A DNA stretch of 63,989 bases, filler included, from Candidatus Rokuibacteriota bacterium (lineage in GTDB: Bacteria; JAUVQV01; DATDCY01): assembly GCA_031406795.1 (NCBI GenBank). It is 6 parts of 6 records of this genome, joined end to end, with 100 filler letters (N's around TTAATTAATTAA, not from the genome) between each part and the next. Parts side by side here need not be neighbours in the genome. Positions count along the whole stretch, not along the records: positions 1 to 26,561 come from JANOHV010000136.1; 5 more parts are not named here. One strand, 5' to 3'. The position numbers and the translations under genes are program-made. The notes beneath the pieces were generated by a model. The model was not told where the DNA came from and searched no databases. It was given only the letters and a program-made list of their open reading frames with translations. Of this stretch, positions 1 to 9,349 are shown piece after piece. Positions within the stretch are counted from its first letter, which is position 1. Every line of letters begins with the position of its first letter.

Positions 1-2
1 TT

Positions 3-677
3 CCCTCGATGATCGTGTTCGAGGGCTGGGCGGCCGCCGGCAAGGGCGGGACGATCAACGTCCTCACCGAGCGGCTCGACCCGCGCGGCGTGCGCGTCGT
101 GCCGATCTCGCCGCCGCGCTCGTCCGAGATGCGCTACCCCTGGATGTGGCGCTACTGGCAGAAGATCCCGGCCTATGGGCAGACGGTTATCTTCGATACC
201 TCGTGGTACCGCCGCGTGCTCACGGACCGCGTCGCCAGGAACGTCAAGAAGAACGTCTGGAAAGAGGCGTATCAGGACATCGTCGAGTACGAATCGCTGC
301 TCGGCGCCGAGGGGACGCTGATCCGCAAGTTCTGGCTGCAGATCAGCAAGAAGGAGCAGAGTCGGCGTTTCGAGAAACTGCTCGGCTCGAAGCTCACCTC
401 CTGGCAGGTCGCCGGAGAGGACGCGGACCAGCACAAGAAGTACGACCGCTATGAGACGGCAGTTGAGGAGATGCTCGCCCGCACGGATTTTCCGCACGCT
501 CCCTGGGTCATCGTCGAGGCGACCGACCGCTATCATACGCGGATCAAGGTGTTCGAAGAGATCGTCCGCGCCTTCGAGGATCGCCTTGCCGCGCACGTAC
601 CGCCGCCCCGCGCGCAGGCACCGGGCCCGGCGCCGAAAGCGCCGAAAGCGCCGAAAGTAACGCACCGTGGTCTTTGA
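3..677 (+). CDS. Polyphosphate kinase 2 family protein, 5'-truncated, with degenerate catalytic motifs
   Basis: FEGWAAAGKGG (Walker A-like), LDPRG, FDTSWY, KFWLQISKKEQ, APWVIVEA. The frame is open to the window edge. Confidence 0.85.
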   Translation, partial: PSMIVFEGWAAAGKGGTINVLTERLDPRGVRVVPISPPRSSEMRYPWMWRYWQKIPAYGQTVIFDTSWYRRVLTDRVARNVKKNVWKEAYQDIVEYESLLGAEGTLIRKFWLQISKKEQSRRFEKLLGSKLTSWQVAGEDADQHKKYDRYETAVEEMLARTDFPHAPWVIVEATDRYHTRIKVFEEIVRAFEDRLAAHVPPPRAQAPGPAPKAPKAPKVTHRGL

Positions 678-1428
678 CCGGCTCGACCTCTCGCTGAAGA
701 TCAGGCGCGCCGAATACGAGCGCGAGCTCAAGGCACTGCAGAACCGTCTCCACCTGCTCGGCTACCAGATCTACGTGAACCGTCTGCCGGTCGTCATCGT
801 GTTCGAAGGACCGGACGCGGCCGGCAAGGGCGGCGCCATCAAACGGCTGACCCAGAATCTCGACCCGCGCGGCTATGTCGTCTGGCCGATCGCCGCGCCG
901 CACGGCGACGATCGCGAGCGCCATTACCTCTATCGCTTCTGGCGCCGGCTGCCCGAGGACGGGCAGATGGCGATCTTCGACCGCTCCTGGTACGGCCGCG
1001 TGCTGGTCGAGCGCGTCGAGGGCTACTGCACCGCGGAGGCCTGGGCCCGCGCCTACCCGGAGATCAACCAGTTCGAGCGCCAGCTCGTTGCCCATGGGAC
1101 CACGGTGATCAAGCTCTGGATCCACATCTCCAAGGAGGAGCAGCTCAAGCGCTTCCGCGAACGCGAGCGGATACACTACAAATCCTGGAAGCTGACCGAG
1201 GAGGACTGGCGCAACCGCGGCAAGTGGGAGGACCACCTGCTGGCCGCCGACGAGATGATCCTCAAGACGAGCACGCACCACGCGCCCTGGGTCATCGTCG
1301 AGGCGAACGACAAACTTCACGCGCGCGTCAAGGTGCTGCGGACCGTGGAGCGCGCGTTGCGCGAGGGCCTCGCGCGGGGAGGCGCGAGCGCTTTTGAGCG
1401 GCCCGCCGACGAATGCTCTCCCGCCTGA
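667..1428 (+). CDS. Polyphosphate kinase 2 family protein (polyP:AMP phosphotransferase-like)
   Basis: FEGPDAAGKGG, LDPRG, YLYRFW, FDRSWYGRVLVERVEG, WKLTEEDWRNR. Confidence 0.92.
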   Translation: MVFDRLDLSLKIRRAEYERELKALQNRLHLLGYQIYVNRLPVVIVFEGPDAAGKGGAIKRLTQNLDPRGYVVWPIAAPHGDDRERHYLYRFWRRLPEDGQMAIFDRSWYGRVLVERVEGYCTAEAWARAYPEINQFERQLVAHGTTVIKLWIHISKEEQLKRFRERERIHYKSWKLTEEDWRNRGKWEDHLLAADEMILKTSTHHAPWVIVEANDKLHARVKVLRTVERALREGLARGGASAFERPADECSPA

Positions 1429-1442
1429 GGCCGGGGCCGGCG

Positions 1443-2780
1443 ATGAGCAGGATGTTCGCGTTCTGGAGTTGCTGCCTGCTTCTCGGACTCGGCACGCCGC
1501 GGGCGCACGCCATCAGCCTGGGGGAGGGCCTCGCGCTGATCTCCCGGTCCGGGCGCGAGATCGCCGTCTCCGCGGCGGGGGAAGAGGTGCTCCGCTCCTA
1601 CCCGATTCTGGCCGGCAGCGCCTGGAAGCCGACGGTGGACGCCTACGCGCGCGAGACCGTGCTCGCCTACCAGCCTCAGAGCGTGTTCGGCAGCCAGACG
1701 ATACCCATCGCCAACCGCGATTCGTTCGCCCTGGGGCTGAAGATCCGCCAATTGCTCTACGATTTCGGCCGGACGGACGCGGCGGTGCGCGCAGCCGTCC
1801 TCGACCTCGAAACCGGGCAGCTGGAGACGGCCCAGGCCCGCAACCGCTCCGCTCTGAAATTCATCCTGACGTACATCAGGCTCCTGCGCGCCCAGAAGCA
1901 GCTCGCTCTGCAGGAACAGGAGGTCCGTCGCTTCGAGGCGCACCGGGACGACACCCGGTCGCTCCTCGAGGAGGGGACGATCACGGAAAACGACCTGCTG
2001 CAGGCCGAGGTCAGGCTGGCGGACGCCGTTCAGCGGCGGCTGCAGGCGGAAAATCTCCGCGCCTTCGCCGCGGCCCAGGCGAACAGCCAGTTGCAGCGGC
2101 CGCTCGCGCTTCCGGTCGAGACGACGGAAATCGCCGCGCCGGCAGCCGGTGCGACCGAGACCAGCCTGGAGGGGGCGCTGGCGACCGCCGCGCGCGAGCG
2201 CCTCGAGTTCAAGGGGATCGGCAAGCGCCTCGCGTCCACCGAGGCGCGCCGCGCGGCGGTGCGCAAGGAGTATTACCCGAAACTGTATGTCGCCGGCGGT
2301 TATGAGTACGCGCGGAACGACTACACGGTGCACGAGGGGAATTGGTCGCTTCAGGCCGGCCTGGACTTCAACATCTACGCGGGCGGCGTTACCGGCGAGC
2401 GGCTGCGCCAGAAGGAGCGCGAAGTCGCGCTGCTCGAGCAGACGCGCGAGCAGCTGCGCGAGGCGGTGCAGCTGGAGGTGCAGGAGGGGTTCCTCTCGCT
2501 GCAGACCTCCCAGGCCCGCGTCGGCGCCACGCAGCGCGCCGTCGAGCAGGCGCGGGAGAACCTCCGGCTGCAGCAACTGCGGTACGCCGAGGGGGTCGGG
2601 ACGGCGACCGAAGTCCTCGACGCGGTGAGTCTCGCGACGACGGCGGAGCAGAATTTTCTCAACGCGCGCTACGACGTGACCGAGGCCCGGGCGCGGCTGG
2701 GATACGCCGTCGGCAGCGACCTCGTCGCCGCCTGGGGCGGCGATGGGGGCGGCGCGGGCAAGGGGGAGGATCATGAGTGA
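1443..2780 (+). CDS. TolC-family outer membrane efflux protein
   Basis: Signal-peptide-like N-terminus, QLLYDFG and YAEGVGTATEVLDA OEP repeats, upstream of a HlyD/MFS pair. Confidence 0.88.
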   Translation: MSRMFAFWSCCLLLGLGTPRAHAISLGEGLALISRSGREIAVSAAGEEVLRSYPILAGSAWKPTVDAYARETVLAYQPQSVFGSQTIPIANRDSFALGLKIRQLLYDFGRTDAAVRAAVLDLETGQLETAQARNRSALKFILTYIRLLRAQKQLALQEQEVRRFEAHRDDTRSLLEEGTITENDLLQAEVRLADAVQRRLQAENLRAFAAAQANSQLQRPLALPVETTEIAAPAAGATETSLEGALATAARERLEFKGIGKRLASTEARRAAVRKEYYPKLYVAGGYEYARNDYTVHEGNWSLQAGLDFNIYAGGVTGERLRQKEREVALLEQTREQLREAVQLEVQEGFLSLQTSQARVGATQRAVEQARENLRLQQLRYAEGVGTATEVLDAVSLATTAEQNFLNARYDVTEARARLGYAVGSDLVAAWGGDGGGAGKGEDHE

Positions 2781-3978
2781 GGACAGGCAGGTGGCGGCTG
2801 CGCCGGCGCCCGCGCCGCCGCCGCGCCGCGGCCGGCTGGTCGGTTTTCTCGTCGTCGGGGTGCTCATCGTCGTGGCGATCGTCGCGCGCGACCGCTATCA
2901 GCGTTACAAACACACGCACATCAGCACCGACGACGCCTACGTCGAGGGGACGATCCACTCAGTCGCCTCCCGCGTGCCGGGCACCGTCGTCAAAGTCAAT
3001 GCCGCCGTCAACCAGCGCGTTCGCGCCGGCGACGTTCTGGTCGAGCTCGACACCGACCTCGCTCGCGAGAGGCTCCGGGAGTCCGACGCGGCGTTGCAGG
3101 CCGAGCTGCTGAAGGGTGCGGAACTCGCGGCCCTGCGCGCCGGCGCGGTGAGCCGGATCAAGGCCGCCGAAGCCGGGCTCGCCCGCGTCCTGGCCTCGCG
3201 CGAAGAACTCGCGGCGGCGGTGGCGGTGCGGGAAGCGGACGTCCGGTCCCGCACCGTGCAGCTCGGGCAGGCCCGGAACGACCTTGCCCGCGCGGAGAGT
3301 CTCTTCGCCAAGAAGGTCATCCCCCGGGACCGCCTGGAGCAGTCGCAGACCGCCGCCGAGAGCGCCCGGGAGGCGTTGGCGGCGGCGCAGGAGCTGAAGA
3401 AGCTGGCGGAAATCGCCCTCGCGAACCACGCGACGACGGCCGCGCAGGCGCGGGCGGCCGTCGCGGTCGAGAAGTCCGCGCTCGGTCAGGCTGAGGCCGC
3501 GATGGGCACGCACGCGGAGCAGGTCAAGGGGCGGGAGGCCCAGGTCGCGATCGCGAAGCTCAACCACGGCTATGCCACGCTCATCGCGCCCGCCGAAGGG
3601 TACGTCACCAAGAAGGCGGTGGAGGCCGGCAACCAGATCCAGGCCGGGCAGCCGCTGCTGGCCGTCGTCTCGCTGCGCGATCTCTCCATCGTCGCCAACT
3701 ACAAGGAAACCCAGATTCACGTCATCAAGCCCGGTCAGTCCGTCCGAATCAGGGTCGACGCGATTCCCGGCCGCGAATTCACCGGGCGCGTGGAGAGCCT
3801 GATGGCCGGTACCGGCGCGGCTTTCTCGCTCTTTCCCCCCGAGAACGCGAGCGGCAACTACGTCAAGGTGGTGCAGCGCATCCCGGTCAAGATCGTTCTC
3901 GACCCGGACCAGGGCGTGGAGGAAGTCCTCAGGGTGGGCATGTCGGTCAACCCGACCATCTTAGCGACCGAGCAGTGA
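2773..3978 (+). CDS. EmrA/HlyD-family membrane fusion protein
   Basis: STDDAYV, ANYKETQ and GTGAAFSLFPPENASGNYVKVVQRIPVKI are EmrA signatures. SD GGAGG precedes ATG 2773. Confidence 0.93.
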   Translation: MSEDRQVAAAPAPAPPPRRGRLVGFLVVGVLIVVAIVARDRYQRYKHTHISTDDAYVEGTIHSVASRVPGTVVKVNAAVNQRVRAGDVLVELDTDLARERLRESDAALQAELLKGAELAALRAGAVSRIKAAEAGLARVLASREELAAAVAVREADVRSRTVQLGQARNDLARAESLFAKKVIPRDRLEQSQTAAESAREALAAAQELKKLAEIALANHATTAAQARAAVAVEKSALGQAEAAMGTHAEQVKGREAQVAIAKLNHGYATLIAPAEGYVTKKAVEAGNQIQAGQPLLAVVSLRDLSIVANYKETQIHVIKPGQSVRIRVDAIPGREFTGRVESLMAGTGAAFSLFPPENASGNYVKVVQRIPVKIVLDPDQGVEEVLRVGMSVNPTILATEQ

Positions 3979-4097
3979 CGGCCCTCTCCGTAACTGTATT
4001 GGCGGAGGGGTGGCGCGGAGGAGAGGTCTCCGGCGGGTGAGCGAAGCGAAGCCGATGGAGGTCCGAAGCGGCAGGACCCCCCAGCCTGAACGGTGTC

Positions 4098-5627
4098 ATG
4101 GCCGTCTCTAGGAACAAGTGGCTCATCGCCTTCACGGTGATGCTGCCCACGCTGATCGAGATCATCGACACCTCGATCGTCAACGTCTCGCTCGACCACA
4201 TCCGCGGCTCGCTCTCCGCCGGCATCGAGGAGGCCACCTGGGCGATCAACGCCTACCTCGTGGCCAACGCGATCGTGATCCCGATGTCCGGCTGGCTGAG
4301 CCGGCTCTTCGGCCGGAAGAACTACCAGATCGGCTCCATCGTCCTGTTCACCCTCAGCTCTTTTCTCTGCGGCTCGGCCTGGAGCCTCCCGAGCCTGATC
4401 TTCTTCCGGGTGCTGCAGGGACTGGCCGGCGGCGGCCTCGTGCCGGTGAGCCAGTCCATCCTGCTCGAGGCCTTCCCGCCGAAGCAGCACGGCGTGGCGA
4501 TGGCGATCTTCGGCATCGGCGCGATGGTCGGGCCAATCCTCGGGCCGATCATGGGCGGCTGGATCACCGACAACTGGTCCTGGCGCTGGATCTTCTACAT
4601 CAACATCCCGCTCGGGATGCTCGCCGTCGTGATGAACGCGATCGTCATCCAGGACCCCCCGTGGATGCGGCGCGCGAAGATGCGCATCAATTACGCCGGC
4701 CTGGTCTTTCTCGCCGTCGGCCTCGGGTCGCTGCAGCTGGTGCTCGACAAGGGGCAGCGGGAAGACTGGTTCTCCTCGGACCTGATCGTCGGCTTCGCGC
4801 TGATCTCCTTCTTCGCGTTGACCCTCCTCGTCGTCAATGAGCTCAGCGTCGAACAGCCGATCATCAACCTGCGGCTCTTCCGGGACCCCACGTTCGCAAC
4901 CGGCACCGTGGTCATGTTCTTCCTCTTCTTCAACCTCTTCGGCAGCATCGTCCTGCTGCCGATCTACGTCCAGAGCCTGATGGGTTACAGCGCCTACGAC
5001 GCGGGCCTCGTGCTCGGCCCCGGGGGGCTGGCGACCCTGTTTGTCATGCCGTTCGTCGGCAAGCTTGTCCAGAAGGTCAACCCGAAGAAGATCCTCGGGG
5101 TCGGGATCGTCATCTGCTCGATCACCACCTGGCTGATGTCGCAGTTCAACCTCCAGGCGGACTTCTGGACCTTCGTGCTGCCCCGGGTCACCCTCGGGCT
5201 GGGCATGGGGCTCTCGTTCATCCCGCTGACCACGCTGACGCTCTCGCACATCCCGCGGGAAAAACTCGGGCAGGCGACCTCGATGTACAACTTGCTGCGC
5301 AACATGGGGGGGAGCGTCGGGATCGCCTTCGTGACGACGCTGCTCGCGCGACGCTCGCAGTTCCACCAGGCGCGGCTGGTCGATCATCTGACGGTCTTCG
5401 ATCCCGCCTTCGTCATCGCCAAGAGCAGGGCGGCGGCCGCCCTCGTTGCGCAGGGGGCGCCGGGAGCGGGGGCCGAGGGGATGATCTACGTGCAGTTGCT
5501 CCGCCAGTCGCGGATGCTCGCGTTCAACGACACGTTCTTCGTCACCTCGATCATGATGCTGGGTGTCCTCGTCCTCGTCTTCTTCATGCGGCGGGCGCCC
5601 GCGGCCGCCGCCGGACCGACCCGCTGA
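4098..5627 (+). CDS. EmrB/QacA DHA2-family MFS efflux permease
   Basis: IDTSIVNVSL, WLSRLFGRK, GPILGPIMGGWITDNWSWRWIFYINIP, LDKGQREDWF. Confidence 0.93.
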   Translation: MAVSRNKWLIAFTVMLPTLIEIIDTSIVNVSLDHIRGSLSAGIEEATWAINAYLVANAIVIPMSGWLSRLFGRKNYQIGSIVLFTLSSFLCGSAWSLPSLIFFRVLQGLAGGGLVPVSQSILLEAFPPKQHGVAMAIFGIGAMVGPILGPIMGGWITDNWSWRWIFYINIPLGMLAVVMNAIVIQDPPWMRRAKMRINYAGLVFLAVGLGSLQLVLDKGQREDWFSSDLIVGFALISFFALTLLVVNELSVEQPIINLRLFRDPTFATGTVVMFFLFFNLFGSIVLLPIYVQSLMGYSAYDAGLVLGPGGLATLFVMPFVGKLVQKVNPKKILGVGIVICSITTWLMSQFNLQADFWTFVLPRVTLGLGMGLSFIPLTTLTLSHIPREKLGQATSMYNLLRNMGGSVGIAFVTTLLARRSQFHQARLVDHLTVFDPAFVIAKSRAAAALVAQGAPGAGAEGMIYVQLLRQSRMLAFNDTFFVTSIMMLGVLVLVFFMRRAPAAAAGPTR

Positions 5628-5670
5628 GGCCGCGCGGAGCCGGGCGCGGCCGGGGAAACGGGAGCCGGGC

Positions 5671-6291
5671 TCAACGGTGCTCCAGGTGCCGGCGCAGTCG
5701 GGTCAGCACATCCGCCTGGTGCGCCAGGTCGGCGACGAAATCCAGGCGGTCGGCGTCCAGGACGAGGATCGGGGAGGCGGTCCAGCCGCCGATCCAGGCG
5801 CGATAGAGGCGGTTGAGGCCCCGCAGGTAGGCCGGGTCGAGCCCGCGCTCCATCGGCCGCCCGCGCAGCGCGATGCGCCGGCGCTGTGTGCGCACCGAAG
5901 ACTTGAGGTAGATCAGCAGCTGCGGGGGCGGCAGCACGTCGCGGATGGTGCGGTAGAGCGCGAGGTAGGTTTCGTATTCGCGCGGCGGGAAGCGGCCGCG
6001 CTCGGCGAGGTGCGCGGCGAAGACTTCCGCGTCCTCGTAAATCGTGCGGTCGAGCACCGCCGGCAGGTCGAAATGCCCGATTTCCCGGTGCGCCTTGAAC
6101 TTGCGGGCGAGAAACCAGACTTGCGCTGGGAAGGCGAAGGCGGCCATGTCGCGGTAGAAATCGTCGAGAAAGGGATTGTCCTCGTTGCGCTCGTAGAAGG
6201 GGTGCATCCCGAAGCGCTCCTGAAGAAACCGGATCAGGCTCGACTTGCCGGCGCCGATGCTCCCGGCGACGGCGATGAACCGTGTCTTCAC
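5671..6291 (-). CDS. Deoxynucleoside kinase
   Basis: IAVAGSIGAGKSS P-loop, DRTIYED, RIALRGRPME. GTG start follows GGAGG. Confidence 0.9.
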   Translation of the reverse strand: MKTRFIAVAGSIGAGKSSLIRFLQERFGMHPFYERNEDNPFLDDFYRDMAAFAFPAQVWFLARKFKAHREIGHFDLPAVLDRTIYEDAEVFAAHLAERGRFPPREYETYLALYRTIRDVLPPPQLLIYLKSSVRTQRRRIALRGRPMERGLDPAYLRGLNRLYRAWIGGWTASPILVLDADRLDFVADLAHQADVLTRLRRHLEHR

Positions 6292-6381
6292 GATGGTTGC
6301 CTCCCCACGTATCACGGCAGGAGTGTAAGGATCGCCGGCCGATAGTTCAATCGTCGGCGCGGCCGTTCGGGGGCTTCCCCT

Positions 6382-6410
6382 TTGCCGTGAAGTCGTGTAT
6401 AAAATACAAT
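6382..6410 (+). promoter_or_regulatory. Sigma70-type promoter for the small basic ORF
   Basis: TTGCCG-N17-TACAAT, 24 nt before an ATG that has an AGGAGG SD. Confidence 0.65.
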
Positions 6411-6434
6411 CTTGCGAATCAGGAGGACGACACT

Positions 6435-6545
6435 ATGAAGGCTGGCACGAAGAACCGCTCGAAGGGCAACCGCAAGAAGGCTGCCCTCGCGAGGAAGTAC
6501 ACCAAGCGCAGACTCCGCGCTTCCAGCGGGCAGCAGAAGTTCTAG
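6435..6545 (+). CDS. 36-aa Lys/Arg-rich small protein of unknown function
   Basis: MKAGTKNRSKGNRKKAALARKYTKRRLRASSGQQKF. SD AGGAGG at 6421-6426, with a promoter upstream and a terminator downstream. Confidence 0.7.
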   Translation: MKAGTKNRSKGNRKKAALARKYTKRRLRASSGQQKF

Positions 6546-6572
6546 CCCCGCGGGCAGCCGCGGAGCACCGAT

Positions 6573-6612
6573 CCCCGCCCGGGCGGCAACGTCCTGGCGG
6601 GGGTTATTTTTT
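6573..6612 (+). terminator. Rho-independent terminator
   Basis: CCCCGCCcGGGCG-GCAA-CGTCCtGGCGGGG hairpin followed by TTATTTTTT. Confidence 0.75.
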
Positions 6613-7251
6613 CTCCTGGTCGAACCAGCCGCGGAGAACGCCGATTTCCCGCAGCAGCGCTCCTCTCAAGCGTTCGGTGTCCGCCTCCGAGAGCGCTGCG
6701 ACATGCACGTGCAATTCGATCCCCGGGCCGACCTCGACGCGGTGCCATGTATTGTCGCTCGCCGGGGCTTTATCGATATTATCAACAGGATCATGATCCC
6801 GGAGCGGCTGAGGTGAACGAAACGTGAAGACCTGTGGACAAAATGAGTTGTCCACAGGCTGACGGTCTTCACGGGCAATTCCCCGATGCGCCGCAGTAAC
6901 CGGAGAGATCTCCGGTATCAGAAGTTCGAGGTCGCGGTTGCTGACGTTTTCCACAAGCGATCTGATCCTGACGAGTGGCAGGTATTGCGACTGCAGATAC
7001 TTCACGGCCAGGATTTGCAGGAGCTGCCGGTACCCGTAACGGGCGCTCTTTCCTTCGCCGACGACCGGTTTATCAACAAGTCTGTTTGCTGTGTAAAACC
7101 TGATCGTCCGCTCGCTCGGAATCTCCGTCACGCGGTACTTCGTCTGCGTCGGCGCCACCTGTGGAAGTTGTTCCCTGAGAATTGCGGCGAGCTGGGGCAG
7201 CGTAAAGGACGATTCGCCTCGATAGCGATGAAATGGTCTGACGATGGCCAT
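6604..7251 (-). CDS. MerR-like helix-turn-helix protein
   Basis: SERTIRFYTANRLVDKP...RYGYRQLLQILAVKYLQ HTH. C-terminal WHRVEVGPGIELHV motif. Confidence 0.8.
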   Translation of the reverse strand: MAIVRPFHRYRGESSFTLPQLAAILREQLPQVAPTQTKYRVTEIPSERTIRFYTANRLVDKPVVGEGKSARYGYRQLLQILAVKYLQSQYLPLVRIRSLVENVSNRDLELLIPEISPVTAAHRGIAREDRQPVDNSFCPQVFTFRSPQPLRDHDPVDNIDKAPASDNTWHRVEVGPGIELHVHVAALSEADTERLRGALLREIGVLRGWFDQEKK

Positions 7252-7257
7252 GGTTTG

Positions 7258-7286
7258 TATATACTGGTAACACTAGATAGTGTCAA
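7258..7286 (-). promoter_or_regulatory. Promoter with overlapping palindromic operator upstream of the MerR-like gene (probably leaderless)
   Basis: TTGACA-N17-TATATA ending 6 nt before the ATG. ACACTA-GA-TAGTGT dyad at 7270-7283 overlaps the spacer and -35. Confidence 0.55.
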
Positions 7287-7433
7287 TATTGATGTATTGC
7301 TTTTAAGCGGCATTCGTTCGGTCGAGACGATCCATCGGTCAATGCGTTCGCCGTGGGCCGCTATCCGCCGCTCCTGCTGGTGAGAACCGGCATGATGTTA
7401 AGAACTTCTGGGGGAATAGATCCTGTCCTGGTC

Positions 7434-7805
7434 TCAGCAGTCGGTGAAGGCACGGATCTTCTGCACAAGCGCCGGCAAACCGTTTTCCTTCGAGGTGTAA
7501 CTCGCCGGCTGGGTCTTCGCGGCCATGCCGGCGAGGACGTGGTCCGGCTTGCCGCTGAAGTAGACGACGGGGATTGTGGAGAACTCGTTTCCGCGGATGA
7601 TGGAAATGATTCTGTCACCGGAGAGCAGGGGCATGTCGACATCCATCACGATTATGTCCGGGCGCTCCTTGTGGATGATCGGGGCGATGAACGGGCTGGT
7701 TGTCGACCAGACGACGAAGCCGGACGCCTGAAGGTGGCGCGCCACGGTGCGGAGCGTCGGCTCGTCATCATCGACGTGGAGAACTTTCTTCTGAGCAGTC
7801 GTCAT
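7434..7805 (-). CDS. Single-domain response regulator (receiver)
   Basis: VLHVDDD, PDIIVMDVDMPLLSG, conserved Lys in YTSK. Confidence 0.85.
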   Translation of the reverse strand: MTTAQKKVLHVDDDEPTLRTVARHLQASGFVVWSTTSPFIAPIIHKERPDIIVMDVDMPLLSGDRIISIIRGNEFSTIPVVYFSGKPDHVLAGMAAKTQPASYTSKENGLPALVQKIRAFTDC

Positions 7806-7942
7806 GATTCCCTCCTGATGGTGCCTGCCATTGTACGCCCGACACCAAATCGCTCACAAGAAGAAATCGGTCGTGCCGGACCGTCGCCTCGCAAGCGCGC
7901 ACGGTGGTAGGATGGCCGCACGGCACTCGAAGGAGGCACGGC

Positions 7943-9338
<1,396 letters not shown>

Positions 9339-9349
<11 letters not shown>

